DNA of 62,611 bases, filler included, from Rhabdomonas costata (taxonomy: Eukaryota), in assembly GCA_019059605.1 (NCBI GenBank). It is 22 parts of 22 records of this genome, joined end to end, with 100 filler letters (N's around TTAATTAATTAA, not from the genome) between each part and the next. Parts side by side here need not be neighbours in the genome. Positions count along the whole stretch, not along the records: positions 37,081 to 39,829 come from JAHMHO010002160.1; positions 39,930 to 42,677 come from JAHMHO010002161.1; positions 42,778 to 45,525 come from JAHMHO010002162.1; positions 45,626 to 48,372 come from JAHMHO010002163.1; positions 48,473 to 51,222 come from JAHMHO010002164.1; 17 more parts are not named here. The stretch is one strand, 5' to 3'. Shown here piece after piece: positions 39,165 to 49,782 of this stretch (positions are counted from its first letter, which is position 1; the number at the start of each line of letters is the position of its first letter). Under the pieces are notes generated by a model. That model was given only the letters and a program-made list of their open reading frames with translations. It was not told the DNA's origin and did no database searches. The translations under genes were made by a program, and so were the position numbers.

Positions 39165-41160
39165 CCTGCCTAGCCCGGGGCAGCGATTTGGAGGGGTGGT
39201 CTCTGTTTGTGGATAAAGCCCTCCGACTCAGCACCCAATCAAAAAACAGGGGGCAACACACAAAGGTACACAAAGAAGAAGAAAAACTTGTGCATTTGGC
39301 CCCCCAAAAGCAAACACAATGGATCCTAGCAGATTTTTCGACGATCAAACACGTAAATAGGCGGACCGTGGTCAAGAATGCAGTCGTTGCAGGCTTGATG
39401 TTACTATTGTTCACTTTTCGGCGAAGTCACAGATATTAGAAAGTCAAAGATCAATGTCGACACTACAGGTGAAAACGAGAAACATAATCGAATGATTGGC
39501 CGACATCTGGGGTCTGACCGCTGGGCACTTGCATTTCCAGTTACCGCACAAAAGCAAGGACCAAATAACACAAAATAACACCATTGGTTTGCCATGCAAT
39601 ATTAAAATCTCCCAACTGCCTTATATTATCTGAACTGCAAGAACATTTGTTGCGGGCAGATGTTTAGACCAGAGGGATCACGGTCGAAAGCAGAAAGCAC
39701 ACAAGAAAGTGACAGGTCCCTTCCCAGTGCGGCAGATAAGCCGCAACGAACACAGCCAAGCTGCAGCTGTAAGCTGACGTACTAAAAACACGGGGGGCCC
39801 ACCGAACAGAACAGCGCACCACCCCCCCCNNNNNNNNNNNNNNNNNNNNNNNNNNNNNNNNNNNNNNNNNNNNTTAATTAATTAANNNNNNNNNNNNNNN
39901 NNNNNNNNNNNNNNNNNNNNNNNNNNNNNCTGCATGCATAAAGATGGGAAATGTGCCAATGATGGGGTGGGATGGTACGTTCGGTATATTCGGGGATATC
40001 GACCATCATACAACCTGACCATACTAGCCGTTTCGCTGATAGGCACGGCTGCGAAAAATTTGGCCTTTGCTTGTGAAATACCACAGTTGCCACGCTTCCT
40101 CGCTCCTCAAAGTCTGCGACCCACCTTGCTTGGAGGAGGGGGGGGGGCAAGAAACACCCTTCGGACCAATATCCAGTTTGCAAATTCTCCCACCTCCGAT
40201 GCCACTGCTGTTTCAGTGAAAGCAACACTGGCAACGGTGTGGAGAACGTCACGAAAACAAAAGTTCCATTCAGGGGGCTTAGGGACAGAAAAAGAGTCTT
40301 TTAAAAGGGTGGCCGAAAGGGTGCTTCTTGTGCATCGAAAGCTACTAAGTTCGAAATACTAGTGCCTAAGTTCAAACTACATAAACAGGGAAAGACGGTG
40401 GTTTCCATATGTGTGTGGCATCCACATGTGGCTTTTCGCCTCCACACATCCCATGGTATGTGCCTTTTCAAAAGCACGGGATGTGCGGAGGCGAAAAGCT
40501 GTCGCAGAATTTATAGCCGCAGCAAATGGGTAACAGATTGGTCTGGGGTTTGGGGGCAACTTTCTTTGCCGTGATCATTCCCTTTTGCATCCGGGATAAA
40601 AAAATACTGCGGTGGTAGCGCAGTGGACCACACTATTCACGGCATTCACGGCTGTCAAGAGAGCGTGATTTTCAACTTTATGATATTTTCACCCTGCCGT
40701 TGGTGGTGCAGCGCTCAAACAAAACAAAAGGAACTCAAGACATAACAGAGGTGACCGGATATGAAGCGCGCACATCGTGCACAAGGCATGGTTTCAATGA
40801 AAGAGCTTCTCTCTCGGGCGGGCTTTCAAATTCTCTCCCGCTGCCTGGCTGCTTCTCGGGGTACGGGTCACGCCTCTGCTGCTGGGCGGAGGTTCTTGGG
40901 TGACCTCAATGGTGCATTAAACCGCGGTTCCAGGGAGCTCCCCATCTGCGCTCGCCCAGTCTGCTTAACACTCGGCGGCGACTCTTCGACTCTTCTTTTG
41001 ACTGGGATCGTCAGGTCATCTTCTTCATACGGAGAGCCCCAATGGCGGCGCCACGCTCCTCGCCAGGGCACCTTTCTGGATCCTTATCCCTTATCCGGTG
41101 CTCCCTTTCGCGCGCGCGCGCACACACACACACACCGCTAAGGGAGCAGCACTCTTCCAG

Positions 41161-42401
41161 AGTGCAAAGTGCAGCGGCGCAGTGCCCGGTGACGTTCTCG
41201 GTGGCATCCATAAAGGTGGGGCACTCCACGCTCTCCGCGCAGGTCGGAGCTTCGCGCGAAAAACCACACCGATGTAAACCGAACACACACCTGCTGTGAC
41301 TAATGAAAAACTTTGGAAATCAATATCGGCCTTCGTGGTGTGGTCTTGGACATGCTACTGGGGCAGCAGCAGAGTTTGCACAAATTCGCATTCCTTCACG
41401 GATCGGTTGCCCCCTTGAAACCTCCGTCCTGGATGGTAACTTTGAATTGAGAGCAAGGCCAAAGCAGACCCCGGGTCTTTTCCATGTACAGTGGCCCTCC
41501 GGAAACGCTGCGTGGCCGGTCCTTACACCATCACGCTCTTCCTTTTTTTATCACTTTTATTTATCATGTTTGGCGCCTTTCCCCAGCGCAGCGGAGGGTA
41601 TATTCGACGGCACCCACAACGTATGCACAAAAAACCTGCCTGCCACCAAACCCGCAAAAGGGCCCAGGCAAATGGCTCTCCGCCCCCTGTTCCCCACCAA
41701 GATCACAAAATCTCAGTCACGCTAGTGCCTGGGTGACCGCGGTCACCAATGTGATTCCATTTGCAGGAAAATTACGGAGGTTCCCCTCACAAGTACCGCT
41801 TTTTTTTTGGTTATGCAAACCCTGTCCGACCTATGCCCATGCATGCCCGCTCACCGCGATTGGTAGGGTAGAGAAGCCGAAAACAGGCGCCACATTTCCG
41901 TTCGAAAAGGGAAAGGACGGGCGTATGGGGCGGGGGAATCAGGTGTACCCTGCACACAGCAGTCTTCGGCAGTGCAGATCAATCCGGAGCACGCCCACCT
42001 CTCTGGGTTCAGTTGAGGAACCATTCCCGGGGGGCACCGCAGGCTATTCTTCATGCTCGAACACATGGGAGCTGAACCCGAGACGGACAGAGCGTAAGTG
42101 AGGTCATATCATGTGTGCAAATGGGCTAAGCCGAAGCAGGCATTTTGTGTGTCAAAGAAATGGCTTACCGCATGCACTAGCTCTGCACCAGAGGGAGGGA
42201 GGGAGCGGGGCTGGTGGAGAGCAGAGAAGTCAGGAGACTGACTGGAAGGAGACCACCTTCTACGCAGCACTCCTCCAGAGCACAGGTCGGGCCAGCGCAC
42301 CTCCTGCGCTCTGGGTTCGGTGCAAGCAACCGGGGCCAACACCCATCTATAGCCACGCTGCTGCAGTTCCCCGATGGCAAGCTGACCGAGAGGTTCACAC
42401 G
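41161..42401 (+). CDS. Probable multi-exon gene of unknown function
   Basis: Several short AG..GT-bounded, coding-like blocks (about 41161-41215, 41587-41620, 42043-42093, 42234-42285, 42368-42401). Frame and family could not be fixed. Confidence 0.3.
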
Positions 42402-45400
42402 GTGAACCTCTAAAAGAAGAAAACAGATCGAGGGATATGCAATTTGGAAAACCTTTCCGCATTGGAGCTGCGACTAGACGCAAGGGTAGCACCACCTGGT
42501 TCAGAAAGGCAACGATGCGGCGATATGAGGGAGAAAGAGGGTTCAATTACCGCGGGTGATCAACTAGTGTCCAAACAATAAGTTCCACTGTAAAAAGTGC
42601 AGTACCGTGCCCACAAAAAACCAAAACAAGCGTCATATGGATAGTAGTATGGATTTGGCATAGGTGCATCACCAACCNNNNNNNNNNNNNNNNNNNNNNN
42701 NNNNNNNNNNNNNNNNNNNNNTTAATTAATTAANNNNNNNNNNNNNNNNNNNNNNNNNNNNNNNNNNNNNNNNNNNNGTTGGGGGGTATGCTGTGACTGT
42801 ACGCATTTGGTTGGGTCGCAGAAAGCTGGTTCTTTTTCACTTTTTTTTTGCTTCGCAGTGTGTGTGAAATTGACTTTCAGACTTTGGTTCTCTGTTGTGA
42901 TGTCAGAACATTGCATTGAGTGGAGTACCGATTCGTCGCTCACTCGCGGGACACCCATCCCTGCTCGGCCACGACATTTGAAGTGGACAACGTGCAGGCG
43001 GCACTCTAAAAAAATTGCCATGTTTCAGCATCGTTTGGGTTGTCCTTATCGCTTTAACTTGGGTTGTAAATGCTGCTTGGTTTTCTTTCCCAGGCTGGGG
43101 ATCCACGCCCTCTTGGCAATCGCCCTGCAGCTGCCCCCTCTGACGGTATTCCTCACTCACCTCCTATTCCACCCACCCACTCCCTTTCGTATGTTCCACG
43201 GCCGTGCTTCATTATGATCTTTATCACTTTTTAACAGCCGGTCATTTTACCACCCCGCTCCTGAGCTGCAACCGTATGGTCTGTTTGGTAACAGTTCACA
43301 GTGACCAGTATGTTGTTTTTTTAATTATGTGGGTCCTGCTCCACTCCTTATGTGGTGCGTCATGTTGCTCTTCAGATACCAAGAGTATCCCACCACTCCT
43401 ATCTGATGTGGTCCGCAGCCTGTCCGAAGAGGTTCTGCGCGCAGTGCAGTGCCGCGCACTCCCGTGGTGGTGGAATGCAACAACGTTTGAGTGTGTGGGT
43501 CGTTTTCTTTCCGGGTAATGTTTTGCCGGAAGCAGGAAAAGCATTGTTCTGTTGTGCTCTTTGCTGTGCTCTCATTTGAAGTATCCATTCCTCACTGGAA
43601 CTCTCACCCGAAATGACACGTTCGTGCACACTTCACAAGTGCAAGCGCAGAGCGCCGATTTACTCGAGGCATGCCTTTCTTGGCATAACATGTATTTTTC
43701 CAAAGGAGGTTGGTGGCAGGGTCTCCTTGGTGGCCTTGGAATGTCAAGGCTGGGCTGACCTTCTGCACACTGCCCTGAGCATCATCCATGGTGCCCACTG
43801 GCAGCTGCGGAATGTTGAGGTGCTCTTTTTTTTTTATTTTGGAGAATTTGGCGTGCGCATCCATTGGCTTATACAAGGACTTTTGGATCTGGAGTTATAG
43901 ATTTAGATGTGGAGCCGAGTGGGTCAGAGGTGCCCTTCCGTATATTTTGCCCTTGGTTTCAGCGGTTTAGTATCCTGTTCCGGTCCACTTCGGTTCCATG
44001 CTGTAATGAGCAGCCAGTCAAGGCAAAGGCAGTGAGGCAGAGGAAGCCTTTTCTCCCGCCGTCTTATGCAGTCACATATGCTGTGGTGTGCCAGGGTGGA
44101 TTCCGGCGCCTCTCCGTCAGCTGGGGCCTCGTGCCTGTGCTTCTCTCTCCTCCCTCAAAGCTTCGCGCCCTGCTGGGCTCCCGCTCCCCCAGCTCCTGCT
44201 CCGTCAGTCCTCCTCCGGGCAGCAGCTGCGCCAGCGACCGTCTACGCCGCCGCCCTTCTGCAGGGGAGGACTCGCCAGCTCATGGCAGTCCTGACTCCCT
44301 CTTGGAGCTTCCCCGAGTGGGTTCTGTCTCTGGAGACCCGCCCGAGGTCTCCCCGATGGGCTCCCCTCTGGTGGGTCTGCTGCATCTCCACGTGCCTCAG
44401 GGCCGGTCTATGGGAACAGGAACAGAGGTCCGCCTGCCCACCCACTAGCCCGCCTGTGTGTGTGTTGGGAATGGATAATGTGATCAGGTGATCCCAAGGG
44501 GATTCTGAAGTACTGCCAATGCCATGCATTATCTGATCGAACCTGGGTGCAAGCAGTGCGTGATCACTGAAGGAAGGATTTCTCTGGAAACCCTTCTCCT
44601 GACACACGTGCACCCAACCCACGCAGTCGTACCATCAGCGTGGTGCGTCGACTCTGCTGCCAGACATTTTAAAACACGATTTGGTTTCGGGTGGTTTGAT
44701 TTGGGTGGAAGGTTTGTCAATGATCTGGTCCTCTCCAGAGCCACTCCAGGGCCAATCGAAGACCGTGCAAATGCGAAGAAATTACTTCCGGTCTTATGGT
44801 ACGGGTTCGCAGGCCTCGTTACACTGCCGACTGAATGGCACTTGGCCTCTTTTTGAATCCCAATTTATTCTTGCCTGTTTGAAGCAACTTTAAAATCGCT
44901 TTGCGCCGCAGTAGAGCATTAAACCGCGGCACCCTCAAGGCTACGGAGTGCGGTCGCGGTTCAAGTGCTGAGTACTGGATTTCTCAATTTCTCATCGATG
45001 GTGGAAGGCTTATGCTGGTTTTTATTGTCCCCCACCCCACCCGCATTTCTCCCTCCACAGGAGCCTTCCATCCTAGCAGGAACGGGGTGCCCTTGCTTAG
45101 GGTGCGCGATGCTCACAAGCGGCCTCCACTCACACCAAAATCCTTTAAACTAACAACTAACAACTAACAACTAGCAAATCCCACCCCATGTCCCACACTA
45201 ATGCCCCCCTCACCCATTTGTCTCGTGAACCCCTTCTTGCGTTCGAACTTTTCCCAACGAAAGCATCCAAGTGTTCGCCGGTTTCGCCCCAACAGTTCCG
45301 AGGGACTGCGTTCAGTAATGCACACAAACACACACACACACACCACACACACCACACAAAAAGACTCGAAATCAGATGTCCGGGCCGTATGGGATCTGCA

Positions 45401-45447
45401 GCACAACTTTACATGTGGAAATCTTTCTGGGGATCGAGGAAAGGGAC

Positions 45448-45525
45448 CTCTGTAGTCCACCCCGGAGTTCAGCTTCACCACCACGGGCCTACCGATTACG
45501 GAATTGAGAAAGTCCGTGGGGGTCC
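45448..45525 (-). CDS. LSM6: U6 snRNA-associated Sm-like protein LSm6, one exon
   Basis: TPTDFLNSVIGRPVVVKLNSGVDYRG followed by a GT donor. Nearly identical to the conserved LSm6 N-terminus (TPSDFL..IIGRPVVVKLNSGVDYRG). Confidence 0.9.
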
Positions 45526-46089
45526 NNNNNNNNNNNNNNNNNNNNNNNNNNNNNNNNNNNNNNNNNNNNTTAATTAATTAANNNNNNNNNNNNNNNNNNN
45601 NNNNNNNNNNNNNNNNNNNNNNNNNGTGTTGGGGGAGGGGGTATCACTCTTCGGCTGCTGGGTGGTGTTCCTTGAGAAACGTCCAAAATGACGTGAAAAG
45701 AAACGTGTTTGGCGGCGCTCCAACTCTCTGCACTTTGCCCATTTGGAATTGAGGGCTGGAGGTATTGAGTATTTAGCCTGCGATTCTACACGAATACGCG
45801 CACCCATTCGCTCCAGACTTTCTAGAGGGCTGAAAAGGAGGGAAAGGGCAAGACAGGCACACCCGAGAAACGCAACGTGATTGTCAAGCAACTGAGCTCC
45901 CACAACCCCGCATACACATTCCAGAAACACGGAAAAAGTTCCTGCGTTTCCCAATCCTCACATTGGTCGGTGAGAATTGAGGATTGGGATATTAGGAAAT
46001 GTGGGGAATACCCGTTCATACCGTCCATGCACGCTTGCGAATCTGAGAGAAGCATGGACAAAGCGATTCCCATGTCATCTTGCTTGCAG

Positions 46090-47177
46090 TGCTTCAGCTG
46101 TGCCAAGTGCAAGGGAAGCATTAGTGAGACCTTCTTCTCGCTGAGGGACAAGGTTTACTGTGGACAGCCTTGTCTCCAGGTGTGCCATCGTCCTTTTCCG
46201 TGGGGAGTGGGGAGCTAGAGCGGCACCCCTTTGCTGAAAGTGATGTGAAACAGACTCTGGAAACCAGTCCATGCGTTCCCGCTCGGTTTTGGGGGGCCTA
46301 TATTGTTCCAGCTGTTATCCAAGTGGAAGAACATGACAATGTAAGGCAATCCGCACAAGAATTCGGCTTGTTTTTATTGATATTGATATTATTGCTTTTT
46401 TTATTTTACATTATTTTAATGATTTTGTTTAAGCTCTGTTTTAAGCCCTGTTTAAGCTCAAGCCAATGTCACGCCCAATTGGGCTTCCGCTTTCATGCCT
46501 ACCGAACACCGAACTTTGTTCCAACAATGTCACTGGCGAGCTATTTGTATGCCTATCAAGAATGACGAAAGGTTAAAAGGATTAGAACGAAAAGGTTATG
46601 AAAACCATGTCGCACCTTCACGTCTTCTCAAATTCTGTGACCAATGGAAAAACACACTCCAGGCATGGGTGGCCGTCTTGTTCGTCAAAAAGCGTGCTTC
46701 ATCTTGCCGCGAAGCCCAGAAGGATAGAGGCAATGATATTGAGGGGCCAGGTTACTACAGCTGCAAATTATATGGCGCAGGCCAAGCCCCGAAGACAGTG
46801 GCCAACCCCAGCTTGCACCGGTAACACCCAACACAGAATGTGACATGCAGCTTCACGGCACTAACTTCATGTCGCATTCAGTGCGAACTGCGTTTGCTAA
46901 ACGACCAGATGGATTGTTCTGCATCCGTCACGCAGGTGCGCTTCTTTGTTACCTATTGAAGTGAATAAACTTCATACCATTATTGCTCCAAATGGTTTTC
47001 ATGAAACCATGAACGCCATGTCTTATGTGATGCCGCCGTGTGATACTTGAGTGCACTGCGTTGCATCCCTTGTCCTTGAAATTATTGGCGATTCAACAGG
47101 ACGCTCGAGCCAAGCTTTTGTCCGAGGCCCACGAGAAGGCCAGACAAGAAGAGCAGGCCATTCCCGTGCCCCTGTAA
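46090..47177 (+). CDS. LIM zinc-finger protein, last 2 exons
   Basis: Exon 46090-46179 reads CFSCAKCKGSISETFFSLRDKVYCGQPCLQ (second half of a LIM domain). Exon 47100-47177 reads DARAKLL...IPVPL*. The intron is GT-AG. Confidence 0.72.
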
Positions 47178-47821
47178 TCAGTGGAAAGTCGACTCATATT
47201 CGTTTCCTTTGATCCGTTTACCATTGCACCAGCTGCTGGCTGCGCAATTCCTGGTGCCAAGTTTGTATGATGGTCAGCGAAACAACTCTGTGTGCATACC
47301 CTTTCATGTTGTCATGCTGTCCTCTCTGTGCGCGCGTTGTGTGGAGGCCCTAACTGAGACGTTGGTCCTTCACACTCATTGGTTGTTGGGTTGGAACAAC
47401 TCTTCCTAAAATTGCGAAAGAAGAAAAAGACGGAAGAAAGATAAAAAGGTCACTTTGTCGCTTCCTTCAGATGCTTCAGGGCTTCCAACAGCGCAGCACC
47501 TTCGATAGCGAGATCCGACATTGTTAATGGTAATCCCTTGCTGAAAAATATTCGACAAAGGTGTAGGAAATGTCTCCTCCGGTATTCGGTATTCAGTATT
47601 CGGTATTCTGGATACACTTTGGTACCAGCTGCACCTCTTCATCACTCGTCAGAGGTGGATTAGGAAATTCGCCCATAATTTTTTGATGCGCGATGCTGAG
47701 TCCGGATGTAGCTTCGTTTAGCCGTGTCAAGTGGCTTGGACAACCAAATGTTGGATGCGTTGCGTTTGTTTAGGTTCCTTTGTTTGCCTTTTTTTTTTGC
47801 CCCGGCAACCATCGAAAGCGA

Positions 47822-48317
47822 ATGGCTTCCAACGGTTCCACTGATAAAGCGCAGCTGCGGCTGCCGTACCGAGCGATGTCTCCTCCCCGTCAGAGAACTT
47901 GCGGCACGTTAGAGACCTTTGAAGGCAACCGCGCTGTCATCGTTTCTGACATGAGCGGATTCACCAGAACAGTTCAGCAGTACGGTGTCGTTCACTTTGC
48001 TTGTATTATATTGAGGATGCGCGAGATCCTGTACCACGCCATGAAACTGCACAACGTTCAGCTGCTTGAGACGGAGGCCGACGACGTAATTGGCGTCTTT
48101 TCGACCGTAAAAGATGCTCTTTATGCCTGTGCAGACTCTCTGTATGCTGTGCGTCAGTACAACGAGTCCCTGACGGACAAGTCTCACCAGATCAACATCA
48201 GTGGCTTCGGCATTGGCTGGGGGAACGGCCTGCTGGTCGACTCCACCATTCACAAGGTTTTTGGTCCGCCGTTCAGCGGAGGCTTTGAGATCGGCGAGAA
48301 CCACGCGGAGAACGGCG
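47822..48317 (+). CDS. Class III adenylate/guanylate cyclase catalytic domain, bacterial-like; 3' end truncated by fold-back
   Basis: AVIVSDMSGFTR..YGVVHF..I..M....ETEADDVIGVF....A....FGIGWG..L....FG....FEIGENHAENG, with both metal-binding Asp positions present. A probable in-frame GT-AG intron lies at 47835-47912. The terminal PKTL* comes from an inverted copy (48218-48274 / 48310-48366). Confidence 0.8.
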
Positions 48318-48472
48318 GACCAAAAACCTTGTGAATGGTGGAGTCGACCAGCAGGCCGTTCCCCCACCCACANNNNNNNNNNNNNNNNNNNNNNNNNNNN
48401 NNNNNNNNNNNNNNNNTTAATTAATTAANNNNNNNNNNNNNNNNNNNNNNNNNNNNNNNNNNNNNNNNNNNN

Positions 48473-48828
48473 CTATTATAAATTTCTCTCATAACAATAA
48501 AAACATCAATATTTTGTTCCTGTTTTAGAAATGTTAATAGTTTTATAATGTCATTGTATAATTCTTTCTTGATGTTGAGAAAAAAGAAATTTTCAAAAAT
48601 AATACATCTTCTCCTACATCTTGAATTCTCATGAAATGAGTTGTCTAAATACATAAAATGTGGTAATTTTAATAATATACTATCACAGCAATTTATATAT
48701 TCAGTGTACCTATTCTCAATATCTGCTAAATAAACTACATAAATAAAGTCATACACATGTGTGAAAAGATGCATTTTAATGAATCTTGTTTTTCCTGAAT
48801 TTTTCTTACCTACTAACATATAGAACAT
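48473..48828 (-). CDS. A32/FtsK-HerA-like packaging ATPase homologue, degenerate; 3' partial
   Basis: N-terminal Walker A MLVGKKNSGKT, then YDFIYVV, a Walker B position CIIFEN and a ..NIDVFIV strand, the layout of A32-type ATPases. Confidence 0.65.
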
Positions 48829-48885
48829 TACTATATATTAGTATAATAATAAGCAAATGTAATATACCAAAACATATTAAAACTC

Positions 48886-48919
48886 AGAAGCATGTTCAGT
48901 TCTTGGAAAACATGGTTCT
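48886..48919 (-). terminator. Hairpin downstream of the protease stop
   Basis: agaa-g-catgtt / aacatg-g-ttct, 10 of 11 pairs, about 20 nt past the stop codon. Confidence 0.35.
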
Positions 48920-48938
48920 AAACGACATCAACACATCG

Positions 48939-49367
48939 CTAGCCGAACTTTCTCATCAGGATTAAGAAGCTCATAGATCTTGCGCCACAGCTTGATTCGT
49001 TCATTGACTGATCTCTATCAGTCTTATTTGCGTTTATCATTCGTTTATTCTTCCAGTATTTTGATAATTCATTTTTATTTCTTTTGAATGAATCATAATA
49101 ATATAATTTTCCATTTAATTTATAGAAACCAACCCAATGACCATATTTATTAGCTGATCTAGATGAATCAGTGTTTAGAATGAAGCACTGATTATTTCTT
49201 ATATATTTCGGGAATTCATTGCTACTACCAGTTTTTATATAATCAGCACCGAAAAGTTCATAACCTAATTTGTCTAATTGTATGTTGGTTGTACTCGCAC
49301 TACCTATTATATCTTCAACCATCATTAATGCTTGTTCGTAATACTTTAAAATGTTATACTTACTCAT
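48939..49367 (-). CDS. Adenain-like (clan CE) maturation cysteine protease, 142 aa
   Basis: Starts at ATG 49367. CFILNTD......GHWVGF....LYYYDSF....DQ....SCG gives His-Asp-Gln-Cys in the order of adenovirus/Polinton proteases. Confidence 0.9.
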   Translation of the reverse strand: MSKYNILKYYEQALMMVEDIIGSASTTNIQLDKLGYELFGADYIKTGSSNEFPKYIRNNQCFILNTDSSRSANKYGHWVGFYKLNGKLYYYDSFKRNKNELSKYWKNKRMINANKTDRDQSMNESSCGARSMSFLILMRKFG

Positions 49368-49371
49368 TTGT

Positions 49372-49379
49372 ATACTATT
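49372..49379 (-). promoter_or_regulatory. Candidate viral promoter motif AATAGTATA upstream of the protease (second copy at 49743-49751)
   Basis: On the minus strand: tAATAGTATAcaaATG (protease) and cAATAGTATAaaacaaaaATG (core-like protein). A related tatATAGTAATG precedes the ATPase. Confidence 0.5.
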
Positions 49380-49383
49380 AAAT

Positions 49384-49418
49384 AAGATTTTAGAATAACA
49401 AGATTGTTCTAAAATCTT
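49384..49418 (-). terminator. Perfect 12-bp hairpin right after the core-protein stop
   Basis: aagattttagaa (49384-49395) / ttctaaaatctt (49407-49418). The stop codon is at 49423-49425. Confidence 0.55.
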
Positions 49419-49422
49419 GTGT

Positions 49423-49734
49423 TTAAAACATAACACGCATCCCTCCTAATGTACTACGAGGGCGTCTGTGTGTAGTTGTCGTGCGTCGTCTGTATGTCCT
49501 GCGGGTTGATAAAGTTGAACGAGGGCGTCTACCCTGTCCACTGAGTTTGTAGCTAGAACCACGTAAAGTACGTCTGCGACGGGCTCCAGTTCCTAATAAA
49601 GCACTAGCAATGCGTTTAACAAGTGTAGTTTTAGATGGTCCACGACCAGTCCTACGAACTGGTCGCCGTCTAACCCCAAACCCAATCACACGATGCCCAA
49701 CCTTTGCTAATTGATAGCTAATACTATTCACCAT
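49423..49734 (-). CDS. Arginine-rich putative virion core / DNA-condensing protein (adenovirus pVII/pX-like character), 103 aa
   Basis: 25 Arg + 4 Lys and no Asp or Glu. Carries LLGT|G and LSGQ|G, plus near-sites VIGF|G and TLGG|M. Sits between the capsid and protease genes. Confidence 0.75.
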   Translation of the reverse strand: MVNSISYQLAKVGHRVIGFGVRRRPVRRTGRGPSKTTLVKRIASALLGTGARRRRTLRGSSYKLSGQGRRPRSTLSTRRTYRRRTTTTHRRPRSTLGGMRVMF

Positions 49735-49782
49735 TTTTGTTTTATACTATTGCAAAAGAAAATAATTTTATACACATCTTAC

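Noticed and set aside
48939-49436. ORF-track TTG start at 49436 for the protease
   Set aside because: It overlaps the upstream gene's stop and hairpin. ATG 49367 follows the shared upstream motif and is the better start.
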